This document shows positions 26,953 through 36,077 of a stretch of DNA of 64,000 nucleotides, one piece after another. Origin of the DNA: a virus; the IMG/VR virus record IMGVR_UViG_3300044846_005229, positions 143,986 through 207,985 of that record; one strand, 5' to 3'. Made by a program: the position numbers and the translations under genes. The first letter of the stretch is position 1; each line of letters begins with the position of its first letter. Below the pieces are notes generated by a model. It did no database searches. It was given only the letters and a program-made list of their open reading frames with translations, and was not told the DNA's origin.

Positions 26953-28209
26953 TCACTGATTAGCCCTGATTTGAACAGGCATCACCAGATAGGTGTATCT
27001 TGCCGTATCAATAGAACCAATCGGGAAAAAAACTGCCGGTGTTGTCGGGGCGTTCATTTGAATTTGAACTTTATCCGCACCCATAACCTTAGTTTTCAGG
27101 ACTTCAATCAGGTAACGCACATTAAATGCGATTGTGATTTCCGGACTATTACCAATGACCGTCAAACTCTCATTAAATGACATCATTCCTTCGGCTTGAG
27201 CACTAATTGTGGCCCCAACCTCAGTAAACTCAAACTTGACTACATTATTATGGGCATTAGCCACAATGGCAGCTTGCTCAAGTGTAGTCAGCAGAGAAAG
27301 ACGATCAAAGACAGCAACCGACTTGAAATTATCAGGAATCAACTGCCGATAGTTAGGGTATTGCCCATCTACCAATCGGAATTGAACCTTATAGTTACCA
27401 TACACTACGGTAACATCTTGCTTGGATACAGTGAAGGAAACCGGACTAAACTTAGGCTTAGCACCGATAATCTTAGCAATCTCTGCAAGGATCTTAGCGG
27501 GCATCGTAAAGTTAAATTCCGTTTCCCCGGTATCAACAATATCATCCAAAGTCAAAACCGACAACCTATGCCCATCCGTAGCAGCAAAAGACAAAGAATT
27601 GCCAGCAAGTTGCAGGTTGATCCCGGTAAGGAGCACCTTAGCTTGGTCCGAACTTGCCGAAAACAGGGTACTACCCAGGCCACCAACAAACTCAGCAGGT
27701 TGCACGCCGAACGTTATTGGATCGGTAGTAATACTGGCTGTGACTGGCAAACTCGGAAAATCGTCGGCAGGGATCGTATTGATCTTAACTGTCGCACCTT
27801 TATCTGCAGAAACCAACAACTTATCGTCAGAATCACCAGGATCAAAACTAAGGGTGACCGCCGAAGTCTTGGGCACCCCGTTTACGATATCCTTAAGGGT
27901 GAACACCGAAGCAGTAATTGAACCTGGAGACTCCACCGATGCAGCAATATCGACTGATACTTGTTTGATGAAACCGGAATTATTTCCTAGGTCAAATACC
28001 GTGGCCACTAACTTGCCTGAAGCACCATCAGCGGTAAGCAACACATTGAAGAGAACAGGGTGCTTAGCCCGCTTATCATAGTTCCGTGCCAGATCTTTAA
28101 GAGCCTGGCTGAGATCGGATTGGGCAACTACGGCTTTCATGTGACAGGGGGGTAGATGGTTTGGGAATGATGGACTCTGGGAGACAGCGGGCCAAAACCC
28201 GCTACTCAC
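26953..28209 (-). CDS. DnaN-like DNA polymerase sliding clamp (beta-clamp family); alternative start at 28140 (MKAVVAQ)
   Basis: MKAVVAQSDLSQALKDLARNY...HPVLFNVLLTADGASGKLVATVFDLGN parallels the DnaN N-terminus; three-domain length. Promoter -10 at about 28215-28220 and TTGAC at about 28240, so the upstream ATG at 28209 would be leaderless. Confidence 0.6.
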   Translation of the reverse strand: MSSGFWPAVSQSPSFPNHLPPCHMKAVVAQSDLSQALKDLARNYDKRAKHPVLFNVLLTADGASGKLVATVFDLGNNSGFIKQVSVDIAASVESPGSITASVFTLKDIVNGVPKTSAVTLSFDPGDSDDKLLVSADKGATVKINTIPADDFPSLPVTASITTDPITFGVQPAEFVGGLGSTLFSASSDQAKVLLTGINLQLAGNSLSFAATDGHRLSVLTLDDIVDTGETEFNFTMPAKILAEIAKIIGAKPKFSPVSFTVSKQDVTVVYGNYKVQFRLVDGQYPNYRQLIPDNFKSVAVFDRLSLLTTLEQAAIVANAHNNVVKFEFTEVGATISAQAEGMMSFNESLTVIGNSPEITIAFNVRYLIEVLKTKVMGADKVQIQMNAPTTPAVFFPIGSIDTARYTYLVMPVQIRANQ

Positions 28210-28379
28210 AAGGTAATTATAGGGGACAGGGGGCCAAATGTCAACCCCCTTGCCCTGGGTATCGGTGTTGGTATTGCTGGCATTGCTGGTATTGCTGGAA
28301 TTCGATCAACTCCTAGCCGACTCTTAGCCAACTCGTGGTCAACTATCAATCGGCCATTAGAATTAACGCATGGCCACAA

Positions 28380-28670
28380 TCAAACCGCTAGCATAGCCGC
28401 AAAACGAGCTGCTTGTTTCTGGCTACGGGCCTGCGCTTGACGGCGGTATTGGGCCTTTGCGGTTGCAGCCAAGGTAGTAGCTTCAAGCAAGTTGACTGCA
28501 AGGGAGGCAGCACCGACGGCATCCGCTCCGATGGCATTGGCCCACTTGAGCAAGGAAGCTCGATTCATGGCAACTGTGGGCCAGCCTGGCACATTATACA
28601 CCCCGTTAGCTATGACTTCGAGTGGTTGGTTGATGATATCCTGGATTTGAGCGATCGTGGTGATTTTCAT
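28380..28670 (-). CDS. hypothetical protein (96 aa), start moved to MKITTIAQIQ
   Basis: Promoter cattatagggtgg ... gtcaaccccc at 28725-28760. Confidence 0.5.
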   Translation of the reverse strand: MKITTIAQIQDIINQPLEVIANGVYNVPGWPTVAMNRASLLKWANAIGADAVGAASLAVNLLEATTLAATAKAQYRRQAQARSQKQAARFAAMLAV

Positions 28671-28780
28671 GGTTGTTGCGGGGGAGGTTCTAGCAATTGG
28701 TTGGAACCGGCGCTTTGCCGATGGGTGCATTATAGGGTGGATTCCCCGAGGTGTCAACCCCCATGCCCTGGGCATCGATG

Positions 28781-29197
28781 TCAACTCCCAATCTGACCGC
28801 TAGCATGTTGGTCGATATGGTAGTTTGCTGTTTGGTAACCTTCTCGCCATTGTGGTGACTGTTTATAATAATAGCTAAAGGTCGCTTTCCTTTTGCCTTC
28901 AAACCGTCTCCGGTACCCTTTTTCATACTCCTTGTTGTCGGCCACATCTTCCACAAAACCAAAGTCTATGATATTATGGTTGATTACTTCGCCACAGTAA
29001 TACTCACCGCCAGAAACCAAACGCAATTTGCCATCTCCAGTTACAAAACCCTTATGGGTGCCATCACTGGGCATACCAAAGCCAGGTCCGGGTACGAGGG
29101 TATATGTGACCTTGATAAAACTACCAGGCAACTTAGAATCTTCCCAATGGGTAATCCATTTGCCGCCAGAAATGTGGATTGTTTGGGTGGGGGACAT
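28781..29197 (-). CDS. hypothetical protein (138 aa)
   Basis: ORF track; 4-nt overlap with the downstream gene. Confidence 0.55.
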   Translation of the reverse strand: MSPTQTIHISGGKWITHWEDSKLPGSFIKVTYTLVPGPGFGMPSDGTHKGFVTGDGKLRLVSGGEYYCGEVINHNIIDFGFVEDVADNKEYEKGYRRRFEGKRKATFSYYYKQSPQWREGYQTANYHIDQHASGQIGS

Positions 29198-29284
29198 TTT
29201 GCTAGGGGTTGCAGGGACAGTGGTAGACTTTACTTTAGCACAGATTGGGCAGGAATGTCAAGTACCTGGGCCCCATTCGAGTCA

Positions 29285-29473
29285 CTAGCTCAATTCTTCG
29301 AACTCCCCTGATCCGTCAAAGATGCAAATCTCTAGCGAACTACACAAAAGTAAAATCGCAGCAAAAAGGAACTCACCATGCGCAGCAAGCAGGGCTACCC
29401 CAAATCCGAGCCCATTGAACATCGTTAAAAAGCCACAGATACATGAGATAAAATTCTGCACCATTTGTAGCAT
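29285..29473 (-). CDS. small hydrophobic (membrane) peptide (62 aa)
   Basis: ORF track; strongly hydrophobic. Confidence 0.35.
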   Translation of the reverse strand: MLQMVQNFISCICGFLTMFNGLGFGVALLAAHGEFLFAAILLLCSSLEICIFDGSGEFEELS

Positions 29474-29521
29474 ACCAAGCTAATGCTCTGGTGGTTTTTT
29501 GATTCATTGGGGGGATAGGGT

Positions 29522-29767
29522 TCAGGGTGCAAGTCGAAGGTAGTTAACCACATGGTTAACGAAGTAGTCATCGGTATGTCCGTTCCCGTTAATCAGAACA
29601 CACTCACGAAGTCCATTCCGAATTTCACTGTGAGTTACAGTGCCGTTATCGAGAAGATCAATCAGTTCTCCAGCGATGGATACGCAAAGTTCGTTTTCTT
29701 CACGAGCACTGAGGCACTGGATGCTGCCGAAGGGGGTTTCAGTCATTGAAAAGAATTCGTTTTTCAT
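29522..29767 (-). CDS. hypothetical protein (81 aa)
   Basis: ORF track. Confidence 0.5.
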   Translation of the reverse strand: MKNEFFSMTETPFGSIQCLSAREENELCVSIAGELIDLLDNGTVTHSEIRNGLRECVLINGNGHTDDYFVNHVVNYLRLAP

Positions 29768-29831
29768 GGTCCTATCCTAGCATAGGGCGAACGCCACAGG
29801 GTGCCATAGGGTGCCGCAGCATACCAGTTAG

Positions 29832-30146
29832 TCAGGTGTCCATTAGCCTATCGACTTCCTCGGGAACATTGACCAACCAAGCCAAACGAAATCCGGCACT
29901 AAATCGGTCTGAAATGTAAATGAGATTGTTCCCAATATTTTCAATTGATTTATAGCCGTAAGTCTCATGGCCGCTCCGATAATCATTTTCACTTCGTTGG
30001 TGATAGGACTTCATTCTTTGAAGGTATTTGCGATACTTTCTGATTTTTGAGCAAGTTACCTTGATGTCCTGGTCATTCATATCGCAATTATTGAAAACCT
30101 CTTTGAAAATAAGGTTCCAATACTTTCGGCGGATTCGGCGTTTCAT
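29832..30146 (-). CDS. hypothetical protein (104 aa), AT-rich
   Basis: ORF track. Confidence 0.5.
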   Translation of the reverse strand: MKRRIRRKYWNLIFKEVFNNCDMNDQDIKVTCSKIRKYRKYLQRMKSYHQRSENDYRSGHETYGYKSIENIGNNLIYISDRFSAGFRLAWLVNVPEEVDRLMDT

Positions 30147-30151
30147 TTTGG

Positions 30152-30433
30152 TTAGATATATGAAAAGTAAGGATTGATAACCGAATTAACAAGGTCTAAA
30201 TGCTCTTTTACTCTTTCTCTTTCGTGTTTAAGGTCTTCTATGCTATTCCATACCCCATCAGTATGCTGATTTACCCATTGATTATACCTTCGTCGTACTG
30301 CTTCGTGTCCACCATCAGGCTCATTAGTTTCTGGGTTGTAAGACAAACAAATGAAAGTTACCCAAGTTGGTGTTTGCCAAAGAGGAATTTGCGGCCCATC
30401 TTTGCCATTATGCAAAGTAAGATTGAGACTCAT
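30152..30433 (-). CDS. hypothetical protein (93 aa), start moved to MSLNLTLHNG
   Basis: Avoids the 70-nt overlap with 30435..30632. Confidence 0.45.
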   Translation of the reverse strand: MSLNLTLHNGKDGPQIPLWQTPTWVTFICLSYNPETNEPDGGHEAVRRRYNQWVNQHTDGVWNSIEDLKHERERVKEHLDLVNSVINPYFSYI

Positions 30434-30434
30434 T

Positions 30435-30632
30435 TCAGGAGTCTTCCTGATAACGAAATACTTTGGCAAACTCTTCTGCAGCTTTAAATGCTGTTTCTGC
30501 AACAAACTTTAAGACTGACCTTCGTTCTTCTTCAGTAGTGGATGTGGCATTAGTCATTGAAACTGAACTCAACCACTTAATATAGAGCGTCTGACCCAAA
30601 TCAACAAAGCGGTTTTGAGAAAATTCAGTCAT
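30435..30632 (-). CDS. hypothetical protein (65 aa)
   Basis: ORF track; about 60-bp promoter repeat at 30655-30720 (ggataataggttgaacgtgtccattatagcaagaag...), also present at 31140-31205. Confidence 0.45.
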   Translation of the reverse strand: MTEFSQNRFVDLGQTLYIKWLSSVSMTNATSTTEEERRSVLKFVAETAFKAAEEFAKVFRYQEDS

Positions 30633-30775
30633 TGGTTTTTGTGTATGAGGGGGGGGTTTGGGGATAATAGGTTGAACGTGTCCATTATAGCAAGAAGCGT
30701 GTTACTCCGGGGCAATGTGCAAGTTTACCGGGTGTCATAACCACGCCGGGGTTTCAATGAGTTCTTTAACATTTA

Positions 30776-31120
30776 TTACTCCACCCAAAGGTCTAATTTA
30801 TTGCAAATTTCCACTTTCGCCGCATCCATTTCAATTCTAATGTTCTCAGCAAGGCCACTAAGAATGTTTCCGACGCTCTGGAATTTTTCAGCAAAAAGTT
30901 CTTCTGCACGGAATTCAGCACTTTTGTCAAGTTTATCGTGCCAGGCCATAAAAACCTCCTCAACCGGAAGTTCAACACCATTAACCATAAGGGTTACATC
31001 GTATTCGTCAGGGTTGGGAATTTCAATCTGCTTTTCCATCGTAACTGCCATAGCCGAAAGCAAAAAGTGACCAAATACATCACCATCCATACTAACAATG
31101 CGGTTTCTGTGGACTTTCAT
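30776..31120 (-). CDS. hypothetical protein (114 aa), start moved to MKVHRNRIVSMDGD
   Basis: ORF track; duplicated promoter element upstream. Confidence 0.5.
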   Translation of the reverse strand: MKVHRNRIVSMDGDVFGHFLLSAMAVTMEKQIEIPNPDEYDVTLMVNGVELPVEEVFMAWHDKLDKSAEFRAEELFAEKFQSVGNILSGLAENIRIEMDAAKVEICNKLDLWVE

Positions 31121-31217
31121 TGGGGTTTTTCTGGGGGGGTTGTTTTGGGGATAATAGGTTGAACTTGTCAATTATAACAAGAAGAGTGTTACTCAGGGGG
31201 GGCAACGTGCCAGTTGG

Positions 31218-31478
31218 TCAATCGTCCCCATCTTCTTGAAACTCCAGTGAGCGATCCTCAACGATTTCGTGGAAATCCTCCTGACTCATAATCTTTTTGT
31301 CCGCAAGAAACTCAAGAAGGTTAGCTAGAATCTTTTGGGTAACTTCCAAACGAGTTTCAATTGTTACTTTTGCCCCATAGGAAAATCTATTCGTGGAATC
31401 ATAGGCTTTTTTATCAATAAGGCACTCAATTTCAGTTCCAAAATGGGAACCCCATTCTACCCGGCTCTTGAATCTCAT
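31218..31478 (-). CDS. hypothetical protein (86 aa), start moved to MRFKSRVEW
   Basis: The earlier ATGs fall inside the -10 box (atcatagcat at about 31509-31518). Confidence 0.45.
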   Translation of the reverse strand: MRFKSRVEWGSHFGTEIECLIDKKAYDSTNRFSYGAKVTIETRLEVTQKILANLLEFLADKKIMSQEDFHEIVEDRSLEFQEDGDD

Positions 31479-31571
31479 AATTGTGTAGTTCCTTTGTGGG
31501 TACGAAGTAATCATAGCATACGGCGCACCACCCCCGAAGGGGCAGTGTGCCAGTTGGTCAAGCGTCTTCAA

Positions 31572-32384
31572 TCACTTAAAGATATTATCGGAAAGTGAAA
31601 GAACGTTAGCGCCGTTAATTAGGATCTTCTGAATGCTACCATTCTTCATCGCTTCACGAAGAACTTCAAGGCGTTGATACTCAAGAGATTGTGCCGTCAC
31701 AGTAGATGCTAGTGCCCTGTTTTCCTCTGCTTTGAGTTGTGCAGTCTGCGTCTTAACTTGCTGTTCTTTATTTGCAGATTGTGCGGCAACAACACGATTT
31801 ACGGACGCAACCAAATCATCAGGAAGATCTGCCTTACCAACAATAATAGAATCGATGGTAATTTTACCTTCAAGACCATTTTTCTTCAAGGCATCAGAAA
31901 GATTGGCTTTAATTGTGTCTTGAATTTGCTCAAGGCTACTATTTACCGCAAGTGCAGAGAATTCATCTACAGATTGGTTTACGGCAGAAGTAATCAGGCG
32001 AGCAATATAACTACTCATAAGTTGAACTTGGTTACCATCACCAATCGCGTGATTGGTCATATCATAACCAGTATAAAACTCATAGAGAGAAGTAGGATTG
32101 ATACTGTAGGTTACAGTCACATCCATTTCCTTCATGATGGTGTTATCTTTAGTCTTGGGGCGGAGATCATTTGCCGTCACCGTAATCTTACGTGTATTGA
32201 AGACTTTGATGCTACCAAAGCCATCATATTTAATTCCGGGTGTAAGAACTTCATTCTTCACCTGGCCATCAAAACCTACGAATAGGCCATTTTCACCAGT
32301 GCTAATTGTGGTGAATTGTCCTGCCGTAAGTGCAAGAGCAAGAGCACCAACACCGACGCCAATACCAATTTTTGCGAGAGACAT
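31572..32384 (-). CDS. SPFH/band-7 (prohibitin/HflC-like) membrane protein
   Basis: N-terminal TM helix followed by an SPFH domain (FTTISTGENGLFVGFDGQVKNEVLTPGIKYDG..., coiled-coil C-terminus). Confidence 0.75.
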   Translation of the reverse strand: MSLAKIGIGVGVGALALALTAGQFTTISTGENGLFVGFDGQVKNEVLTPGIKYDGFGSIKVFNTRKITVTANDLRPKTKDNTIMKEMDVTVTYSINPTSLYEFYTGYDMTNHAIGDGNQVQLMSSYIARLITSAVNQSVDEFSALAVNSSLEQIQDTIKANLSDALKKNGLEGKITIDSIIVGKADLPDDLVASVNRVVAAQSANKEQQVKTQTAQLKAEENRALASTVTAQSLEYQRLEVLREAMKNGSIQKILINGANVLSLSDNIFK

Positions 32385-32422
32385 GATTAAGGGGGGGTAG
32401 TTAAGGGGGGGGTAAAGAACAA

Positions 32423-32584
32423 TTAGTCAGATGTTACGCCTGCGTATATAAACGCAATCGCAACAAAGAGTAGAAAAGCGAGAGGAATCATCTTAAGAAA
32501 GAACAACACTGGTAGTCCTCTCAAAAGAAGAATGTAGAGTAGAGAAGCTACTCCGATAGAGACACCTATAATTCGGATTACCAT
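32423..32584 (-). CDS. possible 53-aa two-TM membrane peptide immediately upstream of the SPFH gene
   Basis: Manual rc translation MVIRIIGVSIGVASLLYILLLRGLPVLFFLKMIPLAFLLFVAIAFIYAGVTSD. Below the track size cutoff. Confidence 0.35.
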   Translation of the reverse strand: MVIRIIGVSIGVASLLYILLLRGLPVLFFLKMIPLAFLLFVAIAFIYAGVTSD

Positions 32585-32609
32585 TTTCAATTGTAAGTGC
32601 AGAGTTGAG

Positions 32610-33338
32610 TCATACGGCCGCGTTCATAAGAAAGGGAGCAATTCCCAGCCAATCGTTATGCTTTTCACGGTTGAACAGATAAAGATAACTGCTGATGTTC
32701 TCAGGAATTCTACAAGAGAAAAACTTATCAGTTTTCACCAATTCATAGATTTTTGCATAGGTTTCTTGGTCTGGACAAATAAGGACACTGATATATTTAT
32801 CTCTACCATCGCTGCAATTATAATAAGGAACATCCTCAATCTTCAGATCTTCTTTATTAAGAACCCAGGGATGTCCTTTAAGATACTCCAAAAGTTCAGG
32901 AAGATTGAAGTATTTGTTGTTGAACTGAGAGTCAATGTAATTAAACCCACGCGGAAGAGTATAAGGAACAGCATTTGAATCAAAAAACATATGGCCAGAA
33001 CTATAAATCCAAACAAGATTCTTTTCGGAAATGTTACCTTCAAGAATCTCTTCATCACTCATATTGTGATATTCATAGTCCCAAAATGGGTTATTAGTTT
33101 TAATTCGTTCAAAGAATGAATCTTTAACAAAAGTAGGTCTGCATTGTTTAAGAACTTTCAGGTCCCTATCTTTGACCGCATTGATAACTTCAACTACTAC
33201 GGAAGTCTTGCCGGATGGTTGCACTGTGGAAGATGTTACTTTAAGATAAGCAAGATTCTCATTTACGCCTGGAATAATATAATCTACAATCTCCGTAGAT
33301 GTTTCGTGGCGAGTGATTTTAATTGGGGTGAGTTCCAT
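32610..33338 (-). CDS. hypothetical protein family Y, paralog of 16788..17552; AT-rich
   Basis: Near-identical C-terminal about 100 aa and DNA; start set at MELTPIKITRHE. Confidence 0.65.
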   Translation of the reverse strand: MELTPIKITRHETSTEIVDYIIPGVNENLAYLKVTSSTVQPSGKTSVVVEVINAVKDRDLKVLKQCRPTFVKDSFFERIKTNNPFWDYEYHNMSDEEILEGNISEKNLVWIYSSGHMFFDSNAVPYTLPRGFNYIDSQFNNKYFNLPELLEYLKGHPWVLNKEDLKIEDVPYYNCSDGRDKYISVLICPDQETYAKIYELVKTDKFFSCRIPENISSYLYLFNREKHNDWLGIAPFLMNAAV

Positions 33339-33418
33339 GGTTTGGTTTGGTTTGGATAGTTTTCTTGAGTAAGCCCAGTATAGCAGAATGCACATCGCGC
33401 AAGGCGAAGCAGAGACAG

Positions 33419-33625
33419 TTAGCCAAGTGTCATAGCCACAATAGCCCCAACCATCTTCACAATTGAATCAGCATTGGATTCTTCTGGTGCTAAAATGACG
33501 GATGTTCTGTCGTTGGCAAGTACCAAATCGCCGTCAAAATTGAAAGACAGGTATAAGCCAGGGATCAAACAAAGTTCCCCATGGTGATCCCCGTGATTCA
33601 AAAAGTGCTCAATTTTGTCTTTCAT
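33419..33625 (-). CDS. hypothetical protein (68 aa), start at MKDKIEHFLN
   Basis: The track ORF begins with a non-ATG codon and a poly-C tract (G13-15 on plus) that I judge to be 5' leader. Confidence 0.45.
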   Translation of the reverse strand: MKDKIEHFLNHGDHHGELCLIPGLYLSFNFDGDLVLANDRTSVILAPEESNADSIVKMVGAIVAMTLG

Positions 33626-33676
33626 TGCTGATTTGGACGGGTAGTGGTGGGGGGGGGGGGGGCAGTGGTAGAACAA

Positions 33677-33916
33677 TTAGATGGGATCATAAGCATCATC
33701 AACCACACCCATATACCGGTCAAATTCGTCCATGAAAGCAGTAACGTCAGCCTCGCAAGAAGAATCAGGATTCACCCAATCAAGTTCAACTTTCCGACTG
33801 ACATTTTCTGAAAAAATCAAATCAAACTTAGCTTCCCAAGATAGGTTAGAGTCGAAGATCTTCCTAGCCTCACTGTAGATTAAATGAAGCTCATCGTAGG
33901 TTGGTTGGTTTGTCAT
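33677..33916 (-). CDS. acidic hypothetical protein (79 aa)
   Basis: ORF track; consensus promoter at 33945-33990. Confidence 0.5.
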   Translation of the reverse strand: MTNQPTYDELHLIYSEARKIFDSNLSWEAKFDLIFSENVSRKVELDWVNPDSSCEADVTAFMDEFDRYMGVVDDAYDPI

Positions 33917-33998
33917 TGGTTTTGGTAGAGAATGGTTGTTGGCGGGTAGTGAACCGATCTTAGCACAGTGCCGGGGTCAGTGTCAACCCCTCATATCT

Positions 33999-34680
33999 TT
34001 AACCCGGCAGCAAGCACGGTGCCGAAGCATCGTCAACCCATAGGGTTTCCAAATCATAGACAGAACTTGGTTTGCCTTCTTCCAAGGTAACTCCAAGGTT
34101 CCCCGTATAGTAGTTACTGGTTACCCTAGCCACTGTGCCTATGGGCTTTACTGTCTTTTTCTTTTGCCTCCTGTAAACAGTTTGCCCCTTCAAATATGAA
34201 TATCCATTAGGATCACATCTGACAGGGCTATCACTTACTTTGGTGTACCCTTCGATATTGACCCCCCCCCTTAGTCTCACCATCGGCACGATTTGTTTGT
34301 TTATTACCCTTTCTGCACCCATAGGGCCGATCACCATTACCCTTCCTGAAATTACAGCCCGCGCACATTGGCTGAAGATTATTAAGGCCGTTACCACCCC
34401 CTTTGGACTTAGGGATAATATGATCAACAGTCAACGGATAAAGATCATCAGTATAAACATCCCAGTGTCTCCCACCACGGCCTTTACCCAATACTAACCT
34501 AGAGCCAACTTTGCCGCAAGTTACGCAAGTACACCCTTTGTTTGCAAAAACTCTTAGGCGCGGATGGAAACTAAATGATGGCAAACTTAATTTCTCAATT
34601 GGTTCCTCTCGAATGACCGTATAGTTAAAAATCTGGGTCTTTGCAATCCGGTTAACCCCTGTGGCCACGGCACCCATCAC
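33999..34680 (-). CDS. HNH endonuclease ([10 protein letters not shown]...[14 protein letters not shown]) whose reading frame switches at a G9/C9 homopolymer (about 34262-34270) into ORF 33999..34427
   Basis: The HNH motif lies in ORF 34231..34680; a well-composed C-terminal extension continues in the other frame immediately after the C9 run. Either a slippage/phase-variable site or an assembly error. Confidence 0.6.
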
Positions 34681-34808
34681 TTCACCCCCAACTTAATCAG
34701 CAGGCAAGTACGGCGAGCCCTAGCAGCCTTGGCCGCCTGTGGCTTACGTTTGCCCTTGGATTTACGACCCTTCTCACGGGGTCCTAGTTTGCTGTGGTTG
34801 CTGGTCAT
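34677..34808 (-). CDS. highly basic 43-aa peptide ([21 protein letters not shown]), translationally coupled (ATGA overlap) to the HNH gene
   Basis: Internal start MTSNHSK after the promoter gtattatagtatg ... gtcaaccccc at 34833-34870. Confidence 0.35.
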   Translation of the reverse strand: MTSNHSKLGPREKGRKSKGKRKPQAAKAARARRTCLLIKLGVK

Positions 34809-34934
34809 GGCCTTGGCGGTCCGATACTTGTGTATTATAGTATGTGGGGGCGGCTTTGTCAACCCCCTTGCCTTGACTTTGCCTTGACACCGTGGCCACA
34901 ATTTGTGTTAGATCCTGCCGAGGCAAAACCACAA

Positions 34935-35684
34935 TTACATTTTCATCGTGGCATCCAGACGCAAGCCCCCAGAGAAGATAACCTTAGCCATTGTGTCAGG
35001 CAGCGTCCCCAGTAGGTGCAGAGAGTCTAAAGTGGAAAACATAAACATTTTGTTAAGCTCTTCCCTTACCCTTTCCCTGGAGACGCAAGCTAGCATTTCT
35101 ACTGCCAAGTCACTGCGCAATACAGCATAAGTTTCATCATCGGGGACGAATCCTTTGGTAATTTGGAACCTGAACCCTCTTAGAACTCTGAGGCCGTCTT
35201 CTCTGATCCGGTCAGCAGGGTTCCCAACGAAACGAAGAATTTTATTCTTAACGTCGGAAACTCCCCCGAAAGGGTCAATCAGAGAGCCATCAATAGCTTT
35301 GGCGATTGCCCCACTGGTAAAGTCTCTTCTGGCCAAATCATCAAGTAAAGTCCCCGGCACCACCCAATCAGGACGGCGACCATCGGTGTAGGGGCCATCT
35401 TTGCGGGCTAGTACAAAGTCAGCGACGGTGGTGCGGGCTTCTAGCACATGGCCCTTTGGGACCCGCGCACGGATGGTTAGAAACTCACGGCGAGATTCGA
35501 AAATCTGGAAACCTTGCTCGGCAAGCTGAGCTTCCATTGCTAAGAAAGCGCTATCTGCCGTGGCGAAGACACCCTCGGGTGCAACAACGGAAAAATCAAT
35601 GTCCTTGGATGGAATCCCGAGCAAACTGTCACGGACGCACCCACCAACCTCAAAAAATTCAAATTTTTCTGCTTGGCTTGTCAC
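34935..35684 (-). CDS. class II tRNA nucleotidyltransferase (CCA-adding-enzyme-family) head/neck domain protein, only 249 aa
   Basis: GGCVRDSLLGIPSKDIDF, RRDFTSGAIA and DGSLIDPFGGVSDVKNKILRFVGNPADRIREDGLRVLRGFRF match the Pol-beta-superfamily CCA-enzyme head and neck motifs. Confidence 0.8.
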   Translation of the reverse strand: MTSQAEKFEFFEVGGCVRDSLLGIPSKDIDFSVVAPEGVFATADSAFLAMEAQLAEQGFQIFESRREFLTIRARVPKGHVLEARTTVADFVLARKDGPYTDGRRPDWVVPGTLLDDLARRDFTSGAIAKAIDGSLIDPFGGVSDVKNKILRFVGNPADRIREDGLRVLRGFRFQITKGFVPDDETYAVLRSDLAVEMLACVSRERVREELNKMFMFSTLDSLHLLGTLPDTMAKVIFSGGLRLDATMKM

Positions 35685-35819
35685 TTTATACTCCGGGGTT
35701 GGTTACGGGTATTTTAGCGTACGGGTTGGCAAGCTGTCAAGGGGTGGTGCTTATGGGGTAGCCGAGGGTGGCCGATGCGGTTGTTTACGCCTACCTTAAT
35801 ACATTAAGTTTTGTTACTG

Positions 35820-36053
35820 TCATAACCCCGTGTCAAAGTGACGTTTACAAACCTTGAGTAACACTGATTCCCCCAAATATCTATCACTGTGTTCCAAAAA
35901 TGCACTCATTGCTTCCCCTTCAGAATTATAACCACCATAGGAATTTAAACGTTCACCAAACATATTCCTATCGTCAGGATCTACAAGGCGCCCTTCATCT
36001 GTCAATTCGCGCCAAATGTAGGAAGTTGTTATTTTGGTAGGTTGTTTTATCAT
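35820..36053 (-). CDS. hypothetical protein (77 aa)
   Basis: ORF track. Confidence 0.5.
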   Translation of the reverse strand: MIKQPTKITTSYIWRELTDEGRLVDPDDRNMFGERLNSYGGYNSEGEAMSAFLEHSDRYLGESVLLKVCKRHFDTGL

Positions 36054-36077
36054 GGGGGGTTAATATACCGAGTACAA

